Below are positions 48,013 through 57,821 of a DNA stretch of 57,821 bases, piece after piece. The stretch is from Nemertoderma westbladi. Taxonomy: Eukaryota > Animalia > Xenacoelomorpha. The stretch's first letter is position 1; every line of letters begins with the position of its first letter. Below the pieces are notes generated by a model that was given only the letters and a program-made list of their open reading frames with translations, made no database searches and had not been told where the DNA came from. The position numbers and the translations under genes are program-made. Location of the stretch: NCBI GenBank assembly GCA_032718475.1, contig JAUCBJ010002232.1:1-57821 (forward strand), read 5' to 3'.

Positions 48013-48983
48013 GGTATTAGTACGTTTGAACGACACTAGCCAAACAAGCCTAAAATCAGATAACTAATGGTACCGGTACCGGTATAGCAGTATTGTTCAC
48101 CACCTTGCGGATTGCATGGGTATTATTTATTAAGTTCTTTGAAGGGAATGTATTTTTTTAATCTATATTACTTACTACTACTATTATTACTACTATTACT
48201 ATTATTTACTAGCTTAATTATGTAATATTTTAGCTTAATCTATTAGTTTAATTACGATTTACTATGCGTACGTAATCTTAATTACAGTCTACCGTACATA
48301 CATATTTCTAATATTATAATTAATATTTACCCCGACTGAGGGTGTATCTTATTGTAAAAAAATATTACAAGCTAATAACGCTGTTGCGATACGGTTGTTT
48401 ATTTCATATGTTGGCCCTGAAAAGGGCCGTTTGGGTTGGTTAAGTCAGGTCATACAGTAGATGGCCCTGAAAAGGGCCGTTTGGGTTGAAATCAGGTCGT
48501 ACAGTAGTTGGCCCTGAAAAGGGCCGTTTGGGTTGGTTAAGGTATAAGGTACAGTATAGACATTCAGCAAGGGTAGTAATGTTTGAAAAGTGCAAGGAGA
48601 TTATTATTAGCACCGGAGCAACGCCAAACAAGCCGCATGAATCCCCTGTCCTTCACCAGCGTAATTTTAGCTTGCGCAGTACAACCCGGAAAAGGACAAA
48701 GACGTAGGGTTGGTTGCCCATTTGATTGTAGAGTTCGGGGGAGAAGCTCCACGCTTTGAGCAAACTCAATAGCGCGCTCCTCAGTCTCGATAAGTTTCCC
48801 AATCTCAATGAAATTTAATTCAGCCATAGTCATGATGAGTACAGTATACAAACAGTAGGCCAGTAAGTAACAGTACAGCAGTAGGCCTAACAATACTGCT
48901 ATACCGGTACCGGTAACAATTTTTATCAGTTTCTATCTGATTTCATGATTGTTTGGCTAGTGTCGTTCAAACGTACTAATACC
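48013..48983 (-). mobile_element. Internally deleted Merlin (IS1595-like) DNA transposon
   Basis: TIR GGTATTAGTACGTTTGAACGACACTAGCCAAACAA at both ends. 9-bp TSD GCGTGATCT. Three internal ~50-bp tandem repeats (48411-48540). Confidence 0.88.
48564..48836 (-). pseudogene. Merlin transposase N-terminal zinc-ribbon remnant
   Basis: EERAIEFAQSVELLPR...CPFPGC...LVWRC. The DDE domain is absent. Confidence 0.7.
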
Positions 48984-49927
48984 GCGTGATCTGGTAGATG
49001 GCCCTAGCGCGATAGCTAAGTGTTTTTGTAAAAAAAATCTGTTAATTAATTAATTAGTAATTAGCGATTAAAGATTTCTAGTTGATTTTTCTCGAAAAGT
49101 ATTTGGTTTTTCCCCTAGCAACGGTGTTTTTTTTTGTTCATCTCGGTAAGATCTAAAAAAAGTTCAGTCATCGCTATGGCCCTCCTATTACTGTTAATTA
49201 GTACTAATTAGCCGAAAACTAATTAGCGTCGTAACTCGAAAACACAAAGAGCTATGAAAAAACGTAACATCACAAAGTTGTTCGGAATTTTATTCTACAC
49301 AAAAAAGTCTCTGGCGCCGATACCGTATCTCCTACCGTTAATTAGTAATTAACTAATTACTTAATTACCTAATTGGCGGGGGGGCTTTGCCCCCCCGTCC
49401 CCCAAATCCTTATTCACAAGGTGTATCAAAGCTGTTTACTATTTTACAAATGATAATTACTCTAAAATCTTTTGAATCGAACTAATTAACGATTTTACTA
49501 ATTAGTAAAGTTCCCCAAATTAATTAATAAATTATCCAATCCGGCTCCAATTATTAATACAGCTGATTCATCAGCCTGGTTTGATGAACTTGATGAAATC
49601 ATAAAGTCAGTAGTTGCTGTATGCCATTTACTGACTAAAACTATATACCAAACACCTCTTGCCGGTAGCTACCTCCAATGTCTGTAGTGAGCACCGGTGC
49701 AGGTATGGTAGGCCTACATGTAGGGCATATATAGTGGAGGTTCTTTTGGCAGATAGGCCTAGTCAAAACGTTACATCAGATGCCGTATTTTAGTCAAAAC
49801 GTACCCTATCTTCATATAGTTGAGTGTTGTGAATACAGAAATATCCAAGTACTCCTGTACTTATAGTATACCCATCTGCCCATGTACAGTAACTGGCTGA
49901 CAGTTACCCTTAGTTTGTAGGCTATAG

Positions 49928-51453
49928 ATGATTGACATTTCTAGCAATGTTCTTAACATATTATCATTAATCAATGACGAATTTCATTGTGACAATAATA
50001 ATGCAACTGCTACAAAGGAACTATCTATATTCAATCTGAACTGTAGGAGTCTTAATTCTAATATTTCGGACTTAACTGACTTTCTTCTTACCATCAAACC
50101 TACATTTGATATTCTAACTCTAACTGAGACATTCCTTGCTGACGACGACCTCCTTGACCTAATAAAAATTCCAATCTACCATGGCCCATTCCTTGACAAC
50201 CGTACCCTCGGCAGACTCCACAGAGGAGGAACGGCCATTTATGTGCACTCAAAATATGACGTCACAGAACGCAAGGACTTAAAATTATTGGGTATAGAAA
50301 ATTCATGGATAGAATTAAACCGCCCCCAGAATAAAGTTCTAATTATTGGAACTATCTATCGCCCCGAACCTGTACACATTGATACATTTCTCACAAAGCT
50401 GGATTCTATACTGCTATCTTTAACTAATAATAATTATGACGTCATCCTTACAGGTGACATGAACATTGACCTCCTGAAACCATCCGCCCGCTCTCTGCAA
50501 TATACAGACCTCCTAAATTCATACGGATTTCTACCGCTAATATCTACTCCTACTCGTGTAACACCTTATTCTAAAACTACTATCGACCATATTATAACTA
50601 ACATCACCTCATCATTCTCTACATCCGGTGTCTTCCAAAATGTAATCGGGACTTCTGACCACTACCCTTGCTTCACGGTCTTCCAACAGTACTCTTGCTA
50701 TTTCAATAAGCCCAAAAAAAGTACAGTTTTTGACTTCTCTAATTTCAGAGTAAATGACTTTTTACATGATGTTAAGGATCCAAATACATGGTCTTACACT
50801 TCGTCATCAATACCGAATTATAATAAATTCGATACTTTTTATGATGACTTCACGAGCCTCTGTTTAAAGCATGTTCCGAAAAAATATAGATCTTCCAATA
50901 AAATACCATTGAAACCATGGATGACCCCCAACCTAATCAAATGCACATTAAAAAAAAATAAGTTATACCGCGCATATATAAAAAACCCCACTGATTCTAA
51001 CCACACTAAATACAAGCAATATAGGAACAGCTTAACTTCAACTACACGTGCTGCACAATCACGCTACTATTCTACTCAGTTTACAAAAAACTCTAACAAC
51101 GTAAAACATGGGTGATAATAAATACTGCTCTAAACAAATCGCGTAAACTAAACTCACCTAAGAAACTTACTATTGCCACTGGAGATAAAATTGAAACTAT
51201 AACCGATCCAACACATATTGCTAATACTAAATACATTGAACAAGCATTTTGCCTCTATTGGCCCTAAACTAGCTCGGGACATACCACATTCGCATCTTTC
51301 CCCTCTTCGCTACATCAACCACATTCGGCCAAACTCCTTCTCCCTCTCTGAGACATCTCCAGTTGAAATACACTATAACTTTCACCATCTAAACCCTAAC
51401 ACATCTACAAATGACGACTTTCCTATAAAACTCATAATGCTCGCTGCACAACA
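49928..51453 (+). pseudogene. Crack/L2-group LINE ORF2 fragment (AP endonuclease plus linker), frameshifted and 3'-truncated
   Basis: NLNCRSL, LTET, IYRP, GDMN, TRVT, IDHI, SDH, KPWMT. Homologous to 28253-31555 including LNPNTSTND. Stops before the RT domain. Confidence 0.92.
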
Positions 51454-51454
51454 T

Positions 51455-51790
51455 ACAGTCCCGCTCACCAACAGAGTGCCATCGGATCCGATCGGATCCA
51501 ACACACTCCGACAGCTTCAAACAAGCACAATGCTAACCTACGGAGATTTAGTACTGTTTGATTCTGTTGGAGAAAATATTTCCAACAAGTTTAGTCTGTT
51601 GGAGCCCATCTGAATCTGTCTGAAATCCGTCTGAAAGTGTTTGAAATTTCTGTTGGATGTTGTTGGAAGCTATCTGAAGTTGTTTTTGAAGTTGTCTGAA
51701 GCTGTTAGAAATTGTCTGAAACTGTTTGAAGTTGTCTGAAGATGTTTGACGCCATCGGAATTTGTTGGAATTTGCCAATGCCTTACAAAA
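51455..51790. repeat. Low-complexity repetitive segment (TGAAGTTGTCTGAA-like), probably the end of a DNA element that truncates the LINE
   Basis: LINE homology ends abruptly. Repeated TCTGAA/TGTTGGA motifs, with CCAACA inverted counterparts. Confidence 0.4.
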
Positions 51791-52772
51791 GCGTAGTTCA
51801 TTAACAAAATGTCAATCACTTTAACTCTCAATTTGAAGTGATTGTGAGGGTGTGCTATTGTCAATTATAAACCGAAACAAAGATTTGTTTCATTTAACAA
51901 TTTTTATTTACATAATTATGTCGTTAATTATATCAATTAATTAACTAGAATGCATAAACGAATAATAAATTCCTATAATATAAATTCCGATAAATGAATA
52001 TAATAACACCAACACGTTTTTAATTCCTTAATTTAATTAGAAATGCAAATAATGCTATAAATATATTAGTTTCTTTGACGTAGGGCACTAAATACTGCAC
52101 ATAAACAGATAAACACAAACAGATTAAGCAAACAGTAAATATAATTACAATGAGTGAAAAAAATATTTTTGGTTAATTTTATTAGTTGTGTTGAAAGAGC
52201 AACGAAATGAAAAGGTTTGCACGTAATACTTCTAGCCCAACTATTTTTTCGCGCACCTACCCTATTTGAGTAAATTACATTCACACACTCAAAAGTTATT
52301 GCAACTTTAGTCTCTGCAAGGCGAACTTCGAAACGGAACTCCATATCCAATATTGGTTTGTAGTTAAGCGGTCCCTAGTTACGAAATAAATATTCGAGAA
52401 CAATAAATTATTTAACATTGAGTAAGGCAGCATTTAGGCAGAATTTAGGAACAAACACCTATTTAAGAATAAAATTACGTATACATGGGAAAACTTATTT
52501 TGAATACTATCACTACCCTTTAGTAATGATGGGTCGAAAGTCCCCCCTAGCCCTTCACAAGGGAGCAAGGGAGGGTGGACGTAGGGACGGGGCCCAACGC
52601 CAACATATCGTGATATAGTTTGTCACATTGGAAGGGAAGGGGGGGGGGGGGGGGGGTTGATGAAACGTGGCTGTTAATGTTAAACGTGAATGAATTAATA
52701 TCATAAAGTAAGTAGTATTGAGCATTACGCACAACCATAATAGATTAGATAGAGAATTGGGAATGTGAAGGC

Positions 52773-54024
52773 TGTAAAAGCTTTTGTGGGATAACTGATA
52801 CGTTTGCCTTTGCTGGCCAGTTCCCCCCAGGCGCTGGAATACTCTAAAAAGGTTCTCTAACTGTATATATATTCCCCTCGCCCGCAAGGTACCGTTACAG
52901 GTGTTTTAACGGACATAAAAGTAATTCTGCTATATACGTGTTTTGGCGAACATGGTAAGGCAAAAAACTTGTAATGCACTAACTACCTTTCACAGCTTAG
53001 CCGTGATGATTCATATTACGACATCTAACAGCTGGTTGCTGACATGGAAACAGCCATTGGACGCATGGTTCTTTGTTTGGCTTGAGCCAATCAGAGCGAT
53101 TTTTCCTGTCGACGTGTAGCTTTTCAGCCGATCATAAGGAGAGTGTTCAGTCTTACTGTTTTTACTTGATACTTTGTTGTTATTGCTGTCTAAGCCAGAA
53201 ACACCGGCCTTTTGGGAAGAACTCTAGTAAAACTGCTTAAATTATCGAAAGTATAAACTGTTACCTAATCTAATTAATCAATCGAATCTTAACGCATCTT
53301 AACATACTTACTTAATTTAACTGCATTAATCATATTGTTTGTACTGTTATTTACTGTCAGTTATTAATTGTACCTATTTGTTGATGGAAATATTGCTCTT
53401 TGGATAATACGGATAAATCACCCAAATTCCCAATTTTCTTGATAACACTACAGGTTAGAGAGACCGGCTATATATAACAATTGCGATTTATATTAATGTG
53501 GTGTGTATTGAATCCAATGTTATTTAGCAGACCCTACGTGAGTCAATTGCTGCTCTCTTTATGTATGATCAAATATACTGACGGTCGGCAGAATAGTGTG
53601 TATGATTGTGATTGGTAACAAAGTATTTCCTAAAGAATACGCTTTATACTTTAATCATAAGCAGTATCGTTGCGTTTAGTATAAGTCTTAGTTCTGTTTA
53701 AATAGATAAAGCGCCACGTCCTAAAGGAACTGTTAATATTTCCCGAAAGCCAATAATATCTGTCAGAGATTAATTATTAACGATCTATCGAATAATACAG
53801 TAGGTATACACTGCAACCTTACACTGTAATAATACAATTTAAGCATCCGAATTCAGTCTCCCGGGTGTAGATCCATCGGGTGAATGATCGCGCATGGGCT
53901 GACTTCGGCTAATGTTTTGCATATTAGCATAAAATATTGTCGTATGCTAAAGTGGTTTTAATTAACTAAAAGACATATAAATTTTGGCAGGTTGAACTTC
54001 TAAAGGTCTTCAAAAGCGCGAACA
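52773..54024 (+). repeat. 5' LTR of BEL copy 2
   Basis: TGTAAAAGCTTTTG...AAAGCGCGAACA, the same termini as the copy 1 LTRs. Confidence 0.92.
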
Positions 54025-56206
54025 GTAACAGTTTATAATCTTATTGCAGTAGGCAATAAGGTTGCAAAATACCGTAGTGACTGGTAAAACTGAACCGGTG
54101 CTTCTGTAGGTCAGTAGGCCTAACTGTCAACACCGGTACCGGTACTGCTGTACAAGTACATTTAGTATTATTCGATTTTGATTATTGTATACCGGTAGGC
54201 TGTTTAAGAGATTAGGGACTGTACACCCCTTGTTTCTTTTGGAGCTTACTTATTTCTGTCGGTTTTATTTCCTAGTAAGTTAATATTGAGCTGAAGACGT
54301 GTAAGTCTGCTCAGATTGTTCAGATAATTGTAGGCTGAGCTGCTGTCTGACTGTTGTTGAGTTTGGAGAGATTACGGCGTGTGTAGAGTTTGTCTGATAA
54401 AGTGCCGTTAGTAAGTTGGGGCAGCCATATGCGGTAAGGTCAATCCCCTCTTAAAGAATAAGTCGTACTACCGTGTTAGAACGCATACTAACTAACAGTT
54501 TCAGAATCTGCATATACTGTAGTTTATCTAGGCTTGATCGTAGTCTGCCAGTGTTTTAGCCTGTGTTTGTTTGTGTGGTCTGTTCAGGTACCGTAATAGT
54601 TATTACTCAAATATTTGTAGGCTGGATTGTTGTCTAGCTATTTTTAGGTCTGAAGGGATTGCTGCGTGTGTAGAGTTGGTCTGATCAAGTGCCGTTAGTA
54701 AGTTGGGGCAGCCATAAGCGGTAAGGTCAATCCCCTCTTAAAGAGTAAGTCGTACTACCGTGTTAGAACGCATACTAACTAATAGTTTCAGAATCTGCAC
54801 ATACTGTGGTTTGTTTAGGCTTAATAGTAGTCTGCCAGCGTTTGGTTTGTATTTGTTTGAGTATTCTGTACGGGTAGCGTAATATTTATTATTCAGAGTT
54901 TATGCGATTATTCGCAACATTCATGTCCCCAAGTTTATTCCTACAGTAATTGTGCTTGTTATACATACCGTTATAGTTAAACTAACCCCGGTACTACATC
55001 AGGACTGCTCGGCGTAGGTAAAGACTGACGACTTTGTGCTTCGGTCACTCCAGCAGATGCCGTGGTTCTTTTAACTGTTCAAGTATATTTAACTACTGAT
55101 TATTTGTTATACCGGTACTTGTACCTAATTTAGGGTTTAGTGTACAGTGCTTTCCGAAGTAATTAGTGTAGGCGGTATATTTGTGTTGTAAAGTGGTTGA
55201 TAGGCACATTCGTTAGCTCTATTAGCTTCTGGGTAGGAACAATCCGTGATACATAACGTAGTACCTATAGCGATACGGTTATAGGTCGTCAGGCGGTGGT
55301 ATTTTCCTATCTGGACAGTACAATATATTTACTACTACTTATTATTTCAAACACCGTAGTACCCTGTCCTTTGTAATAACCAGAAATCTAACCCTTTGTT
55401 GGACTGGTTTGTAGACTTCCTGTAAAATTACCCTAAAAATTCGTACGTAATATTTTTGTTGTGTTTAATTAGAGAATTAATCTCACCCGTATCGTAAGTA
55501 ATTTGTAGTATTAAGTAACTTAGGTAAATTAGAATTATCAGTTTTAGTGTCAAATAAATAGCACTTCACTGAGAGCGCACAGCTTCTGTGTAGTGACTCC
55601 CCAGAAATAATAACATTTATTTCAAATATTGACAAAAAACCCATTTAAACGGGTATATAAATATTATAAATCAAATCAAACGATTTATAAATAGTAGGCC
55701 TGCCATACGACAACTAGGTCTCACTATCAGTTGGACTACTGCTTAAATAACGGTAATAAAGTAAGTTAAAGTAACTAAGTAACCCTAAAATATTCAGGAA
55801 TTCAATTATTCTAAAAATAATTGACATACCGGTACTTACCATAGGCTTATTATATTTATCTCTATAAATTTGAGCTGAAATCATACCGGTACTCTGTAAT
55901 TAATTCTAGTTCATAATTATACTTACATGCTGTAAGTGTAAGCTGTATACCGGTATTCATTATAGGCCTACTATATATATATATATATATTTGTGCTAAA
56001 ATTATATACCGGTACTCTGTGACAAATCTAGTCTGTAATAATACTTATATATTATAAGCATACCGGTATTCTAATATATTGTGTATATATCACGTTACAC
56101 TGAGTAACGGTACCGGTAATAAATCGCTAGGCTTGCGGTCATACTGAATTACTAGACTTGCTTTAACTGAAACTATAGTAGTAGACATTCAACTGTATAA
56201 CTAAAC

Positions 56207-57821
56207 ATGTCTGACACTCAGCAAAACCTGTCAGACAGTCTGATCGATACAACTATTTGTGATTCAGATAGGAGTGTGGAGCGAATAAGAAAGGAGTTCG
56301 GCTCACCTCCTACTGTAAAAAAGGTCATCCCTCCAGTAGTATCAGACCCTAGGCTAGTCCACCATAGGTCCATCATAGGCACTCGGGCACAGGTAAAACG
56401 GGACCAAGAGGCAGTTGTCCTATCGCAGCAACATCTTGGTCAAGAACCTACTTCCCAGCGACCCGATAGCTCCAGCAGTTCGGATACTGTAGAGCTGACT
56501 CCCGAACATGGAGTGCAGATGTCTGATACAGTCTACTCGGACCCCCTTCTTACTCTTCCTGCTGCAGTGCTAACTACTATATTCATTGCGGTGGAAGAAC
56601 ATCAAGCCGACTGGGCGAAGAATAAGCAAGCGACCCAAGATAATTACGCGGGATACGCCAGGGAAGAATTGATATCTATTGTTGAATCACAATGGAACTT
56701 TCCCGGACTCGGATTTCCGTTGGATCTGTCCGAGGCTACTTGGGAAGATATACACAGGATGGGAGTGGCACAAGATACAATGGATCCAGCTGTTTGGAAG
56801 AGGTCGGCATCAGGATATGTGCAGGGATTCTTCGGCTCCTTGGAGCGATTGGAAGAACAACTGTTTCGACAACCTCACGGACCTCAAGAGCAGGAAGAGC
56901 TGCTATACCAAGTACGCGAAAGAACCCTACGCATTCGACTAATCCTCTCAGCCTTTGAGGAAACTTCCAAAAGAAGACAGGACACGTCGCTGCAGGTTGC
57001 TGTCAAAACTTGGCTACATCGGGTAGATCTCAAAGTACAGGAAACAGCCCAGTGGAAATCCCAGCTGGCTGAGAGATCAACCTATGAAGAACCAACTGAT
57101 GTCACCGAACCAACTGATGTCACCGAACCAACTGATGTCACCCTTGCTCAAGCGGAAAGCGAAGAGGCCGCCGAGAAACCGCGAACTAGAGACGCTATCG
57201 ACATTTATTTGTCCGACTATCAGCGATTCCTAGGAGACGAAGAGTTGAGGAGACGGCTGTCTGGACTTTCCCCTAATAGTGAAGGAACCAAGCTTGTGTT
57301 GGACTCAATCGATGCCGAAATGTTAGCTGCAAACCAAGCTGAATGTGATGAAAAACTCCGCCTCACTAGAGTCCGAGAAGAACAAATAAAGAAAAGAAGG
57401 ATAGAGGAACAAAAAACGGCGGCTATGGCGGCGGCTATAGCAGATGCAGAAGCAGAAAGTAAAGCAGCAAAGGCGGTGGCAAAGGCAGATGCAGAAGCAG
57501 AAAGAAAGGCAGCGGCTGCAGATGCAGAAGCAGAAAGAAAGGCAGCGGCTGCAGATGCAGAAGCAGAAAGAAAAGCAGCAAAGGCGGTGGCAAAGGCAGA
57601 TGCAGAAGCAGAAAGAAAAGCAGCAAAGGCGGTGGCAAAGGCAGTAGCAGAAGCAGAAAGGAGAGCATTTGAGCAGACTGCTCAACTGGAGTTGGAGAAT
57701 CTGCAAGAGACACAAGACAGTATAAATAAACAGTTTACTGCTAATCAAATGCAGATGATGAGAAAATCTACTCCCAAGCGCCAGGGGTACACATCCTCGG
57801 AGGAAGGCGATACTACCGATC
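56207..57821 (+). CDS. gag: BEL gag(-pol) N-terminus, open to the window end
   Basis: MSDTQQNLSDSLIDTTICD...; reads without a stop through the places where copy 1 is frameshifted. Contains (EPTDVT)x3 and Ala/Glu/Lys coiled-coil repeats. Confidence 0.9.
   Translation, partial: MSDTQQNLSDSLIDTTICDSDRSVERIRKEFGSPPTVKKVIPPVVSDPRLVHHRSIIGTRAQVKRDQEAVVLSQQHLGQEPTSQRPDSSSSSDTVELTPEHGVQMSDTVYSDPLLTLPAAVLTTIFIAVEEHQADWAKNKQATQDNYAGYAREELISIVESQWNFPGLGFPLDLSEATWEDIHRMGVAQDTMDPAVWKRSASGYVQGFFGSLERLEEQLFRQPHGPQEQEELLYQVRERTLRIRLILSAFEETSKRRQDTSLQVAVKTWLHRVDLKVQETAQWKSQLAERSTYEEPTDVTEPTDVTEPTDVTLAQAESEEAAEKPRTRDAIDIYLSDYQRFLGDEELRRRLSGLSPNSEGTKLVLDSIDAEMLAANQAECDEKLRLTRVREEQIKKRRIEEQKTAAMAAAIADAEAESKAAKAVAKADAEAERKAAAADAEAERKAAAADAEAERKAAKAVAKADAEAERKAAKAVAKAVAEAERRAFEQTAQLELENLQETQDSINKQFTANQMQMMRKSTPKRQGYTSSEEGDTTD

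Larger units (their letters stand above)
52773..57821 (+). mobile_element. BEL/Pao LTR retrotransposon (copy 2, diverged subfamily), 5' part
   Basis: Collinear with the reverse complement of 34310-40852: LTR, ~2.2-kb 5' UTR and gag start. Confidence 0.95.

Noticed and set aside
57323-57748. Cys/Phe-rich and Gln/Lys-rich ORFs (also 34446-34820)
   Set aside because: Off-frame or antisense readings of the Gag alanine-rich repeat.

Overview
Eukaryotic, AT-rich, repeat-saturated window with no recognisable host gene; the element families suggest a marine invertebrate (inference). From left to right: (1) an apparently intact CRE-clade non-LTR retrotransposon on the minus strand (ORF <1..4126, not in the ORF track because it runs off the window); (2) a foldback MITE with a 9-bp target-site duplication (TSD); (3) a truncated L2 LINE between ~120-bp direct repeats; (4) an RTE-X fragment ending at a palindromic MITE; (5) a 43-bp satellite array split by a 23-kb BEL/Pao LTR retrotransposon (TSD GGACT), which itself carries a full-length Crack/L2-group LINE and a Kolobok-type DNA element; (6) an internally deleted Merlin transposon and a second LINE fragment; (7) the 5' part of a second, diverged BEL copy with an open gag. 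The strongest candidate novelty is in the BEL family. Neither copy has a tRNA primer-binding site. Instead, the bases right after the 5' LTR are complementary to a site inside the LTR (13/13 in copy 2, 10/11 in copy 1, with a compensatory change), which is the geometry of Tf1-type self-priming. Copy 1 also has a non-env accessory ORF 3' of pol. All coordinates were read by eye; no database searches were run.
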